Of a DNA stretch of 61,877 bases, positions 1-9,997 are shown one piece after another. This DNA comes from Promethearchaeota archaeon (lineage in GTDB: Archaea > Asgardarchaeota > Lokiarchaeia > Sigyniarchaeales > SOKP01). Position 1 is the stretch's first letter. Each line of letters starts with the position of its first letter. The notes beneath the pieces were generated by a model. The model saw only the letters and a list, made by a program, of their open reading frames with translations, had not been told where the DNA came from and did not search any database. The stretch spans positions 1 through 61,877 of the forward strand of contig WJIS01000026.1 of assembly GCA_014730165.1 (NCBI GenBank). Reading direction: 5' to 3'. A program made the translations under genes and the position numbers.

Positions 1-1143
1 AGCTATGGAAGAGTTAGCGCGCACCTTTTTCTGAAGCAATTTAAATGCATATAAAGACGATGAAAACGTTTTTGCATTGTAACGTTCTACAACTTCCTTT
101 AATTCATCATCAAATACTCTTACAAAGATTTCTATATCTGGGTAACGCAAAGAGATTTTTGAACTTAAATAAATCGCTTCATCAAATTCTGTTCTACTTG
201 TCCAAAAAATATAGACTTGTGTGAATTCATTTAAGTTAACATGTTTGCGAATATCACTTAAAAATCGTGGAAATTCACTAATTATGTGTAATTTATCATT
301 TTCTGGAAATTCAATTCCATCATGGACATGATCGAAAAGATATGCTTCACGATCCTCTTGAAGTGAGATATCATAAGCAAGTCGATGACAGAGGTGATCA
401 TATCCAATTATGAGTGCTTTTCCCTTTCTTGCACGGGACCATATAATCACAGCATCCATTGCCCATTCTGACATAGAAAACGCAAACGCATTCAAGGGTT
501 CCTGTTCGAGATAATCGTGAACATGATCTTCAAACACCCGTACATATATAGGACATGTTTTATTATAGTTTCTGATTTTTTCCGAGCATATTATTGAGAT
601 ACGGACATCATTAGTACAAATAAATACTTCTTTTGCGTCATCTATGTTAGCATTAATTAAATTTCCTGTCTCAGTAGGGTCTCCCACAAGAACTGGAAAG
701 CCATTATTAATGTAATCTTCCACCTTCTCTTCATTATCTTCTATAATACAAAAAGAACGTTTATTTTCTATACAATGTTCAATAATTCTAACAGACAGAT
801 GGTCATATCCTATAATAACGGTATGATTATGTATAAAATGACATAGAATCCTACTAGTAATAACGGGATTATATTGTTCTAGTAACTCTCCAATGATAAA
901 TCCAAAGATCACCACTTCAATCAAAATCGGAAACACAAGTACATAAAAGCTAGCAAAATCTCCACCTATTGATGATGTTCTTACAGTAATTGATAATAAG
1001 AATATTTCCCCGATGTTTTTAGTAGGTTCAATTATTAGAAAGAAAAGGAATCCTAAAAACCAAAAGAGAAAGAGAATGATAAACGGTAATTTATAGTGCT
1101 TAATTTTGAGTTCCAAATCTATTATTTTATTTATTAGACTCAT
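1..1143 (-). CDS. RCK/TrkA-N domain ion-channel-like membrane protein (partial; C-terminus runs off the window start)
   Basis: Own minus-strand translation from ATG at 1143-1141 stays open to base 1 (381 codons); it is absent from the ORF track because no stop lies in the window. Two N-terminal hydrophobic helices flank a pore-loop-like SITVRTSSIGGD. Two Rossmann-like repeats follow (TVIIGYDHLSVRIIE..., ALIIGYDHLCHRLA...), typical of RCK/TrkA-N domains. Confidence 0.55.
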   Translation of the reverse strand, partial: MSLINKIIDLELKIKHYKLPFIILFLFWFLGFLFFLIIEPTKNIGEIFLLSITVRTSSIGGDFASFYVLVFPILIEVVIFGFIIGELLEQYNPVITSRILCHFIHNHTVIIGYDHLSVRIIEHCIENKRSFCIIEDNEEKVEDYINNGFPVLVGDPTETGNLINANIDDAKEVFICTNDVRISIICSEKIRNYNKTCPIYVRVFEDHVHDYLEQEPLNAFAFSMSEWAMDAVIIWSRARKGKALIIGYDHLCHRLAYDISLQEDREAYLFDHVHDGIEFPENDKLHIISEFPRFLSDIRKHVNLNEFTQVYIFWTSRTEFDEAIYLSSKISLRYPDIEIFVRVFDDELKEVVERYNAKTFSSSLYAFKLLQKKVRANSSIA

Positions 1144-1295
1144 TATAGGTAAAACTAAATCATTTAAATATAAAAAAGTAATGCTACTATGGATTGTTGA
1201 TATTAAGTAAGTTTAGGAAAAATAAATTTTAAAAAAAGGATAATAAAAAAGAACTAGATTCGTTTAATTTTTAGATCCCAGATTTCGAATCTAAT

Positions 1296-2714
1296 TTAAG
1301 TAAAGGTTGGTCTTTTATCTTGCCAAGGTTGAATTTTTTCAAATGCTCTTGAGACTTGAAGCACTGTTTTTTCATCAAATCTCCTTCCAACTATTTGCAT
1401 ACCAATGGGGGTACCTTTACTTGACCATCCACAAGGAATTGAAGCCGCCGGTAATCCTGTAATATTGAAAGGTCCTGTATATGCGTACCATCCCGAATGA
1501 GAAATTGCTCTTCCATTAATTTTTAATGGTCCGGGAATTCCTAATTCAAACGCCGGAATAGCTGTTGTTGGAGTTATTAATAGATCAAAAATTTTGAAGT
1601 ATTCATACATAAGTTTGTTAAGTCTTATTCTCTGTTCAATAGTTCTTTCGACATCCATGGCTGATAATGGATATGCAACTTCAATCTGTTTTAATAATGT
1701 AGGGCTTAGATCGGTTTTCCATTCTTCAAGTAATTTTTGTAGATCATATGCAATTCCCTTAGTAGAAAAAGTATACATAATATTTTCAGCCTTTCTTAAT
1801 CTTAATTTAACCTCTTCGACAGCCCAATCTTGATTTTCAAATAAATGAACTGATTTTAAGAAGGTTTTTTCTACATCCTTATTCACTACTTTGGAAACAC
1901 CTAATTTTAGGTCATAACCGATTCTTAATTTTTCTGGTTTTTCATTTATTACTTCAAAATAACTAATAGTATCATCCGGTAAGGAAAATGAATCTCCCAT
2001 ATGAGGTCCTTTTATTATGTCTAAAAGAAGAGCAGCATCCGTTACATTTCGAGTGATAGGACCATAATGATTTAGAGAATAATCCATATTTCCAATTCTG
2101 GGATAGATAGGGACTCTCCCATGGGTTGGTTTAAATCCATATGTACCACAAAGTGCGCTAGGGACTCGAATGGAGCCCCCACTATCTGAGCCTATAGCTA
2201 AAGGACTAATTCCTGAAGCGACTGCCGCAGCAGCCCCTCCACTGGAACCACCTGGCGTTTTGGAGAGATCCCATGGATTTTTTGTTTCTCCAAAAATAGG
2301 ATTATCAGTAATTGTGATATGACCGAACTCAGACGTATTTGTTTTACCTAAGATAACACAAGATGCCTTTTTTAATCTGTTAACAACAATTTCATCATTT
2401 TCAGGTATAAAATTCTCATATATCTTAGATCCAAACGTTGTCCGTATTCCTTTCGTCATTATTAGATCTTTGATGGAGATTGGAATACCATAGAGAGGTC
2501 CTATCTCTTTTAAGTTCTCTAAGGATTTATCTAACTTTTTAGCTGTTTCTATAGCCAATTCATAGGTGGGTGTGGAATAAGCATTGATGAGGGGATTGAT
2601 TTTTTTTGCTCTTTCAATAATAGCATTTACAATTTCTTCACAACTAAGTTCTTGAGATCGTATTTTTTTTGCCATTTCATATGCTGGCATAAAACAGACT
2701 TTTTCTTGTTTCAT
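1296..2714 (-). CDS. Amidase-signature family amidase (GatA-like)
   Basis: 472-aa ORF with the Gly/Ser-rich amidase signature GGSSGGAAAAVASG, GSDSGGSIRVP and SIKDL. It is the tandem paralogue of 2811..4229. Confidence 0.85.
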   Translation of the reverse strand: MKQEKVCFMPAYEMAKKIRSQELSCEEIVNAIIERAKKINPLINAYSTPTYELAIETAKKLDKSLENLKEIGPLYGIPISIKDLIMTKGIRTTFGSKIYENFIPENDEIVVNRLKKASCVILGKTNTSEFGHITITDNPIFGETKNPWDLSKTPGGSSGGAAAAVASGISPLAIGSDSGGSIRVPSALCGTYGFKPTHGRVPIYPRIGNMDYSLNHYGPITRNVTDAALLLDIIKGPHMGDSFSLPDDTISYFEVINEKPEKLRIGYDLKLGVSKVVNKDVEKTFLKSVHLFENQDWAVEEVKLRLRKAENIMYTFSTKGIAYDLQKLLEEWKTDLSPTLLKQIEVAYPLSAMDVERTIEQRIRLNKLMYEYFKIFDLLITPTTAIPAFELGIPGPLKINGRAISHSGWYAYTGPFNITGLPAASIPCGWSSKGTPIGMQIVGRRFDEKTVLQVSRAFEKIQPWQDKRPTFT

Positions 2715-2810
2715 ATCAAATACCTCAAAAATCTATATCCATAATTAAAAAATATTCACATGTAATCATTAAATAAAGAAAAAAAGAAAAGATTTAAAAA
2801 GTAATCTAAT

Positions 2811-4229
2811 TTAAGTAAAGGTTGGTCTTTTATCTTGCCAAGGTTGAATTTTTTCAAATGCTCTTGAGACTTGAAGCACAGTTTCTTCTTTGAATCGTTT
2901 TCCGATAATTTGCATTCCAATGGGGGTACCTTCACTTGACCATCCACAAGGAATAGAGGCGGCGGGATTCCCAGTTAAATTAAAAGGGAAGGTAAATGAC
3001 ATCCATGCAACCGGAGAAGCTCTTTTTCCAGCTATTTTTGAAGGAAACATTTTTCCAAGCTCAAAAGGATATACAGCTGTGGTAGGAGTGAGGATTACAT
3101 CAAGGTTTTTAAATTGTTTAAAAATTTCTTCATGTATAAGTTTTCTCTGATACATAGCTGCTTCCAGATCTACTGCTGAATAGCTAAGCCCTGCTTGTGT
3201 CATAAGAACTAAATTTCGACTCATTCTGTCTTGCCATTCATCGAGATATGATTCTAGATCATGTGCTAATCCTGCGGTGACTAAAGTATTGAATGTCATT
3301 TCAGGTCGTTTGAGCTTCATTTTAATTTCTTCTAAGGTCCAGTTAAGATCTTCGAATTTTTTAATTGAATCCATAACAACTTTTTCAACTTCGGGATTAA
3401 CTGCTTTTATAAATCCTAGATTAAATGAATATCCAATCTTTATATTTTTAGGTTGTATATCAACAAGATCAAAATATTTGATATCATTTTTTGGTAAAGA
3501 ATGTCTATCCCCTTCAAATGGTCCTGCCATTACATCCAGCATTAATGCGGCATCTTTTACATACCTTACAATAGGTCCATAATGGTCTAAACCCGTCCAT
3601 TTTATTCCAGCAGAGGGATAATGTGGAATTCTCCCATACGTTGGTTTCAAACCATATACTCCACAAAAACTACTTGGAATTCGTATTGATCCTCCTCCAT
3701 CAGATCCAAGTGCTAATGGTCCCATCCCAGTTGCTATAGACGCTCCAGCACCTCCACTAGACCCTCCTGAAGTACGTTCCAAGTTCCATGGATTTTTTGT
3801 TTTCCCAAAAATCGGATTATCAGTGACTGCTTGATGACCGAACGCAGGGGTGTTTGTTTTTCCAAGCAATACCATTCCTGCATTTTTTAGTCTTTCAATT
3901 ACCACCTCATCTACCTCGGGGACATTATTCTCATAGATAATACAACCGAATGTTGTCCTAATTCCCTTTGTCAAGACTAAATCTTTTATGGAAGTAGGTA
4001 CACCATGTAGAGGAGGGAGGTTTTTACCCTTCTTTATAGCCTTATCAGCTTCTTTAGCTGAATCTCTGGCGATATCAAATGTGGTTGTGCAATATGCATT
4101 TATCCGTTCATTGAACCTTTCGATCCGTTCGATAATCGCTTCAGTTATTTGTAAGGAAGTTAATTCTTGAGTTTTTATCTTCTCTATCATCTCGTAGGCT
4201 GGGAGATAACAGATTTCTTCTTTGTTCAA
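2811..4229 (-). CDS. Amidase-signature family amidase (GatA-like), tandem paralogue
   Basis: 472-aa ORF with GGSSGGAGASIATG, GSDGGGSIRIP and SIKDL. It has the same length and the same C-terminal 24 aa as the neighbouring amidase. Confidence 0.85.
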   Translation of the reverse strand: MNKEEICYLPAYEMIEKIKTQELTSLQITEAIIERIERFNERINAYCTTTFDIARDSAKEADKAIKKGKNLPPLHGVPTSIKDLVLTKGIRTTFGCIIYENNVPEVDEVVIERLKNAGMVLLGKTNTPAFGHQAVTDNPIFGKTKNPWNLERTSGGSSGGAGASIATGMGPLALGSDGGGSIRIPSSFCGVYGLKPTYGRIPHYPSAGIKWTGLDHYGPIVRYVKDAALMLDVMAGPFEGDRHSLPKNDIKYFDLVDIQPKNIKIGYSFNLGFIKAVNPEVEKVVMDSIKKFEDLNWTLEEIKMKLKRPEMTFNTLVTAGLAHDLESYLDEWQDRMSRNLVLMTQAGLSYSAVDLEAAMYQRKLIHEEIFKQFKNLDVILTPTTAVYPFELGKMFPSKIAGKRASPVAWMSFTFPFNLTGNPAASIPCGWSSEGTPIGMQIIGKRFKEETVLQVSRAFEKIQPWQDKRPTFT

Positions 4230-4391
4230 TTAAAATCACCTCATATTTCATTAAAAAGAGTATTGATAATTTTTAATATAAATACTTTCCTTCTTAAATT
4301 AAAAAATTTATACTTTATTTGGGAAAAATCTATAACTTCCGATTTTTCATATATAGTAGATTCAATTACGAAAATGAGTTAGATTTATTTT

Positions 4392-6044
4392 ATGAAAGAA
4401 TACAAATTAACTAAATTAAGTAATTTTTCAGGGAGAAACGGTCCTCTCGCTTTAATCATAATGGATGGAATTGGATTAGCTCATAAGGGAGAGTCTAATG
4501 CATTTAACAGAGCAGAAACACCTTTTTTGGATAATGTAATTATTAAATGTATCAAAAAAAATCTCTATACCTCTCTTAAAGCTCATGGAACATCAGTCGG
4601 ACTTCCCACCGATAATGTAATGGGTAATTCGGAAGTTGCGCATAATGCTCTTGGTGCTGGAAGAATTGTCAAGCAGAGAGCAACTTTAGCAAAAGAAGAA
4701 ATACTTTCTGGAGATCTGTTCAAGTCTGAGAAGTGGAAGCAAGCTATGTCTGCTTTAAAAGCAAAAAAGAAAACTTTACACCTAATTGGTTTATTATCAG
4801 ACGGATATGTGCATAGTCACATTTCTCATCTTTTTGGATTAATAGATGGAGCAGTTAGATCGAATATAGAGCGAGTAAGGATCCATGCATTACTAGATGG
4901 AAGAGATGTTCCTCCACAATCTTCATTAGAATATATTTCAAGCCTTAATAAGAAACTGAGTAATATTAATAATGAAAAGTTGTTTGATTATCGAATAGCA
5001 TCTGGAGGAGGAAGAATGCACGTTACAATGGATAGATATTATTCGGATTGGGAAGTGGTCCGGAGGGGATGGGATGCTCATGTATGTGCAATAGCAGAAG
5101 AAAGCTCTGGTTATGAAGGATATTTCAAATCTGCGACTGAAGCCATTCAAAGAGCAAGAGAACAAGATCCTGAAATAAGTGATCAATATTTACCCTCCTT
5201 TGTTATAGTTAATAATGATAATCAACCCATCGGGAAGATGGTCGATGATGATTGTGTAATTAATTTTAATTTTAGGGGAGATAGAGCAGTAGAGATTTCA
5301 GAAGCATTTGACGATAAAGAGTATGGTTTTGAAAAAAAATGTAATCCGAATGTTGTATATTATGGTTTAGAACAATATGATAAAAAAAAACAACTCCCAA
5401 GGAATTATTTTATCGAGCCACCGGAAGTTGAAGACCCACTTTCAAAATATTTATGCAATGCTAAAGTTAGACAATTTGCTCTCGCTGAAACTCATAAATA
5501 CGGACATATCACCTATTTTTGGAATGGGAACAAAGAAGGATATGTTTGTCCAGATTACGAAGAATATATTGAGATAAAATCAGATCCAAGTGAAATGATT
5601 GAAAATAACCCCGAAATGAAAGCTTTTGAAGTTAAAAATAAGTTCCTCAATGCACTTAAATCAAAAACTTATGATTTCTTAAGGGTTAATTTTGCTAATG
5701 GAGATATGGTGGGTCATACAGGTAATATTAACTCTGCAATTATCGCAGCTGAAACAGTTGATAAATGCATAAAAGAAATAGTTGATAGGGTAACTGAATT
5801 GGAAGGTATTGCGTTAATAACCGCTGATCATGGTAATCTTGAGGAGATGGAAAAAGGAAAAGAAACTGCCCATTCACTCAATCCGGTAATGTTTGCTATA
5901 GTAGACTCGCAATATAATAATGAATATCAAATAAACAAAAATATAAAAACTCCGGGTTTAGGAAATGTCGCTGCTACGATTTTAAATTTATTAGGCTATA
6001 ATAAACCCAAAAGCTTTATGGAATCATTATTAGATTTTAAATAA
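4392..6044 (+). CDS. gpmI: 2,3-bisphosphoglycerate-independent phosphoglycerate mutase, GpmI type
   Basis: 550 aa. Motifs are MDGIGL near the N-terminus, GNSEVAHNALGAGRIV and C-terminal ITADHGN/GDMVGHTG, characteristic of cofactor-independent PGM of the alkaline-phosphatase superfamily. Confidence 0.85.
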   Translation: MKEYKLTKLSNFSGRNGPLALIIMDGIGLAHKGESNAFNRAETPFLDNVIIKCIKKNLYTSLKAHGTSVGLPTDNVMGNSEVAHNALGAGRIVKQRATLAKEEILSGDLFKSEKWKQAMSALKAKKKTLHLIGLLSDGYVHSHISHLFGLIDGAVRSNIERVRIHALLDGRDVPPQSSLEYISSLNKKLSNINNEKLFDYRIASGGGRMHVTMDRYYSDWEVVRRGWDAHVCAIAEESSGYEGYFKSATEAIQRAREQDPEISDQYLPSFVIVNNDNQPIGKMVDDDCVINFNFRGDRAVEISEAFDDKEYGFEKKCNPNVVYYGLEQYDKKKQLPRNYFIEPPEVEDPLSKYLCNAKVRQFALAETHKYGHITYFWNGNKEGYVCPDYEEYIEIKSDPSEMIENNPEMKAFEVKNKFLNALKSKTYDFLRVNFANGDMVGHTGNINSAIIAAETVDKCIKEIVDRVTELEGIALITADHGNLEEMEKGKETAHSLNPVMFAIVDSQYNNEYQINKNIKTPGLGNVAATILNLLGYNKPKSFMESLLDFK

Positions 6045-6101
6045 GCAATGGTTAAATAGGATTTTGTACTTTTATTTTCAGATTTCCTTAAACGATATTT
6101 T

Positions 6102-6344
6102 TTAGAATCTTCTTCTTTTTCGAAAATAGGAATAGCCATAATATCTTTTATTCGGTTTGAAAGGTTTCTCAGGACGGTTGAAGAAGCATTCGGAACAATA
6201 TTTTGAAAGATGTGGAGTTTTCCAGATTTCATGTACTTGATCAAACGACAATGAAGGACTATTTCGTCTAAAGTCAAAAAAAGTAATCTCTTTTCCGCAA
6301 TCACAACATTTTTGAGTTTTAGGTTTAATTTCTATTATCTTCAT
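6102..6344 (-). CDS. Small zinc-ribbon protein, basic C-terminus
   Basis: 80-aa ORF with CCDCG...CSEC cysteine pairs and a KRRRF tail. Preferred over the overlapping 5996..6304 ORF, which has no motif. Confidence 0.4.
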   Translation of the reverse strand: MKIIEIKPKTQKCCDCGKEITFFDFRRNSPSLSFDQVHEIWKTPHLSKYCSECFFNRPEKPFKPNKRYYGYSYFRKRRRF

Positions 6345-6487
6345 ATTTGCTTGTATATTAAATTCTTCAATATTATTAAACTACGAACCCATTTAATTTA
6401 GAGAATTTGTTATTTTTATTTTATTTGAAGTATCTTTTTATTTTTTGAATTGCTTACCTTATAATTAGTAGAGGGTATTTTACAAAA

Positions 6488-8230
6488 ATGACGGATATGG
6501 AAGATACAAGAGAAAGAATTAGGTCGGGTTTGGGTATTGCTCGTTTTTTAAAAGAATATGGCGTTAAGCATGTGTTTGGGATTCCTGATGGGCATACTCT
6601 AGGATTTTATGATGGTGTCTATCAAACAGACGGAATTGATCACATTCTCGTTAATGACGAGCGAAGTGCTGCCTTTGCTGCAGATGCATATGCTCGAGTA
6701 AGTGGTATGGTAGGAGTTTGCGATGCTGGAGCTGCTGGAGCAATGAACTTTCCGGTCGCATTATCAGAAGCAGAAGGTTCAGGAAGTCCTGTAATTGCGA
6801 TTGTAGGTGTTATAAAATCTAAGGAAGTATTAAAAAATATACCCCATGATATTAATGTTGAAGATACTCTATCACCAATAACAAAATGGACGGGAAAAGT
6901 ATTAGATGCAGAATATTTACCTCGCTTCCTACGGCATGCATTAAGACAAGGTATTAACGGAAGACCAGGACCAGTTGTACTTGTTGTTTCTGAGGATGTT
7001 ATTAGAGTTAAAGACATAAAATTGAAGGAATTTATTCCGCGAGAAGGGGGATCTTGTGCAATTAACAGTTGTCGAATAGCTGCAGCGGAAACTGAGATTG
7101 AAGATGCTGTTGATATGATTCAAAAAGCAAAACAACCCGCATTTTTCACGGGATCAGGGGCTCTTACATCGGGTTCCTATTATGAGCTAAAAGAGCTTAG
7201 TTATAAGTTAAAAGCACCAGTGTTCTCAACAATTTCCGGAAAAGGTATTATGACTTCCGATGACCCAATGTATTTCGATACGGTGGGATTATTTGGAGAA
7301 AAACCAAATCATAAATTCATCCGAAAACGAACAGATCTGCTGATAGTTGTAGGAAATCGATTAACCGAGGATGATACTGCCAACTTTAAAGTTCCCACCA
7401 CCGCAACAAAGATGATACAAATAGATATAGATCCAGCTCAAATTGGATTATCATATCATCCATATGGAGTGATAGGAGATCCGAAATCGGTATTAGCAGA
7501 CATTTTAGAAATAATATTAAACGAAGGGATAATCAAGAATAATAACGAAAATCAAATATTATCCGAACGCGAAAAGAATATTACTGCTTTAAGATTAGAA
7601 CTTGAGCAATATCGAGAAGAGGATAGAAAGAAATGGATAAACGCTGATCCTGTTAAACCACAAAGAATATTAAAAGCAATCTCAGATAATATGACCAAAT
7701 TCGATTATCTTGTAACTGATGCTAGTGCGAGTTCTCGCTGGATTGGCGCTTATTACCCTGTAAAAGGAATTGGACGAAAAATAATCTCTCCAAGAGGAGT
7801 AGGTCCTACAGGTTTTGGAATAGGTGCGCTAATTGGAACATATATTGCTGCCGATACCTACACACCCTCAGATCCTTCGTCGAAAAAAGTCTTGTTTACT
7901 GGTGATGGAGGATTAATGAATGGCGGAATAAATGAATTCGAAACGATAAATAAACTAGGAATGGATTGTACTATAGTTGTTATAAACAATAGAGCACTTG
8001 GTTTTGTTAAATTTGGACAAGCAATGCTATATCGAAAGAGATATTATCAAACGGATCGTCCAAATACAAATTTTGCCAAAATAGCTGAATCATTTGGTGG
8101 TAATGGAAAAAGAGTTGAGAAACTTGCTGAGTTAGATGATGCAATTAAAGATGCAATTAATTCAAAAGGATTTAATTTGGTTGATATAGTTGTAGATCCA
8201 TGGGAATTCCTGCCTCCAAATAATTATTAA
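6488..8230 (+). CDS. Thiamine-diphosphate-dependent enzyme (acetolactate synthase large-subunit-like / 2-oxoacid decarboxylase family)
   Basis: 580 aa. ThDP-binding motif GDGGLMNGG...VVINNRALG (GDG-X-NN) and an N-terminal Pyr domain (NDERSAAFAADAYAR). Substrate cannot be assigned from the sequence alone. Confidence 0.8.
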   Translation: MTDMEDTRERIRSGLGIARFLKEYGVKHVFGIPDGHTLGFYDGVYQTDGIDHILVNDERSAAFAADAYARVSGMVGVCDAGAAGAMNFPVALSEAEGSGSPVIAIVGVIKSKEVLKNIPHDINVEDTLSPITKWTGKVLDAEYLPRFLRHALRQGINGRPGPVVLVVSEDVIRVKDIKLKEFIPREGGSCAINSCRIAAAETEIEDAVDMIQKAKQPAFFTGSGALTSGSYYELKELSYKLKAPVFSTISGKGIMTSDDPMYFDTVGLFGEKPNHKFIRKRTDLLIVVGNRLTEDDTANFKVPTTATKMIQIDIDPAQIGLSYHPYGVIGDPKSVLADILEIILNEGIIKNNNENQILSEREKNITALRLELEQYREEDRKKWINADPVKPQRILKAISDNMTKFDYLVTDASASSRWIGAYYPVKGIGRKIISPRGVGPTGFGIGALIGTYIAADTYTPSDPSSKKVLFTGDGGLMNGGINEFETINKLGMDCTIVVINNRALGFVKFGQAMLYRKRYYQTDRPNTNFAKIAESFGGNGKRVEKLAELDDAIKDAINSKGFNLVDIVVDPWEFLPPNNY

Positions 8231-8584
8231 GAGCCCATTTCAAATTGGCTAAAGTTCTATGCCATGATATTATAAAGTAAGAGCAAGTAGATCAATTTAT
8301 ACGCTTGAAATATTCGAGCGATTTTGATGGTTATCTACAAAACTTACTTAAACCTGAAAAGGCAGAGGAGGAGAGAGCGCGATAATTTAAAAAGAATGAG
8401 GCGTGATCTATATCTCTTCCCTCAATAGAGATAAGATATGTTAAGATTTGATTATTCAGGGAGAGAATTTAAAGCAATTTTAAACCATTTTATACATGGA
8501 AATTGTTCCATTGCCTTCTGTCTTTTGGGAGTGTTAAAGTAATATTCGCAATCTTTTACTTACCTTTTTTCTATAATGTATGAA

Positions 8585-9898
8585 TTATTCGATAATTGGT
8601 TGGTCTAATCGAACCTTTTTTGAGTATAGGTTAGGATGCATCCGGAAATCGATAAAGAGAATAATAACTATCAGAATTCCAATAATAACTGCAGTATATC
8701 CAATGAGTTGATAGGAATCCAAGTAAAAGAACCCAAATGAAATTCCATTGATTTGTAGATACCATGTTGCTATTAGCGGAGCGATGATCTGAGCGATGGA
8801 TTGGAAGTTTGTTGTCCATCCACTTATTTCTCCCTGTTGATCGGCATCTACAGCCCGAGTTAGATTAGTTTGGATTAAGGGGGGTAATGCTGCCATTCCA
8901 AACACGAATGGGAGGATAATGATAAACATCATCCAAACCTCGGTTAAGTAAGGTATGATGGCGAATGTAATTATCAGCATAAATATGCCCATAAAAATAA
9001 GATTTTTCTCACCGAGTTTTTGTATCAACGGCTTCAGAAGAAGCCCCGCATAAACCATCAAGGCAATTCCAGCAACCGCAATGATTAACCCAATCAAGGC
9101 TGTATCTGCCCCATATTTTTTATCAAGAATGAGTGAAAGGCTTGAATTTAACATTACAGTCATCGTAAAAACTAATAAAATCTGTAGGAGTCTAATTAAT
9201 ACCTCCCGGTTTAACACCTTTCGTTTAATATTTCCTGGAATGGTTTGGAAGGAATTTTTTTCGGCTTTAATATCTTCTATTCGTTCTTTAGGCATACTCT
9301 CAATTAAAACTTTGATAGTCAAGAGGATGGTCACTATTGAAAATGAACTCGCCACTAATGGAGGATATCGCCAACTTAAGATACCCAAAAAGCCACCTAA
9401 GAGTGGTCCAATGATCATTCCTATAGTATGTCCCACCATGATCTTACTCATTTCTTGGGAACGCGTCTCCGGAGTTGTTATATCTGCAATATAAGCTCTT
9501 ATGACAGGAATCTGCCCTCCAAAAATACCATCTGAAATGCGAGCAAAGAGAATTATCCAAAAGTTAGGAGAAAGTGCTAAAATGAGAAAGGAAATTCCTG
9601 TTCCGACTTGTGAAATTAGCAATATTTTTTTTCTCCCGTAATTATCACTAAGTTTTCCCCAGAAGGGACCGAAGATGAGAGTAGTAAAGGCATTTGAGGC
9701 AATCAAAAGACCAATTAAGAATTCTGAAGCGCCAAACGATTGACCTATTTCGGGTAATAAAGGTAATACCATGCTATATCCTAGAACATCAACTAAAATG
9801 CTGAGGATGATGGTTAACATTGCACGATTAGCATCAATATTATATTTCTTAAGATATTCCGCTTGTTCTTCCTTATTTAAGTATTTCCTATCAGCCAT
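8585..9898 (-). CDS. Major facilitator superfamily transporter
   Basis: About 12 hydrophobic segments and the loop 2-3 MFS signature-like GKLSDNYGRKK. Start moved to the ATG at 9898 (MADRKYL), because the track start at 10024 would overlap the divergent gene. Confidence 0.75.
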   Translation of the reverse strand: MADRKYLNKEEQAEYLKKYNIDANRAMLTIILSILVDVLGYSMVLPLLPEIGQSFGASEFLIGLLIASNAFTTLIFGPFWGKLSDNYGRKKILLISQVGTGISFLILALSPNFWIILFARISDGIFGGQIPVIRAYIADITTPETRSQEMSKIMVGHTIGMIIGPLLGGFLGILSWRYPPLVASSFSIVTILLTIKVLIESMPKERIEDIKAEKNSFQTIPGNIKRKVLNREVLIRLLQILLVFTMTVMLNSSLSLILDKKYGADTALIGLIIAVAGIALMVYAGLLLKPLIQKLGEKNLIFMGIFMLIITFAIIPYLTEVWMMFIIILPFVFGMAALPPLIQTNLTRAVDADQQGEISGWTTNFQSIAQIIAPLIATWYLQINGISFGFFYLDSYQLIGYTAVIIGILIVIILFIDFRMHPNLYSKKVRLDQPIIE

Positions 9899-9997
9899 AC
9901 AGTTCAACTTATTTTTAGATATATTTTTAAACGAAATATTATTTAAAAGGATTGTGAACAAAGTATAACATTGTGCACAAGCATTCAAGTGAAAATT

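Noticed and set aside
1594-4382. Track ORFs 1594..1833, 2756..2947, 2890..3150, 3277..3582, 3988..4170 and 4167..4382
   Set aside because: All lie antisense to or at the edges of the two well-supported amidase genes and have no motifs. They are shadow ORFs.
5996-6304. 102-aa minus-strand ORF overlapping 6102..6344
   Set aside because: It overlaps the iPGM 3' end and the zinc-ribbon ORF in another frame. It has no motif, and the zinc-ribbon frame is the better candidate.
8231-8584. Intergenic region with cctgaaaaggcagaggaggagagag and a small hairpin (atctct-tccctcaat-agagat), possibly related to the island motif or to an ncRNA
   Set aside because: It has only a partial resemblance (CCTGAAAA) and lacks the paired C-rich boxes. 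A single short hairpin is too weak to call.
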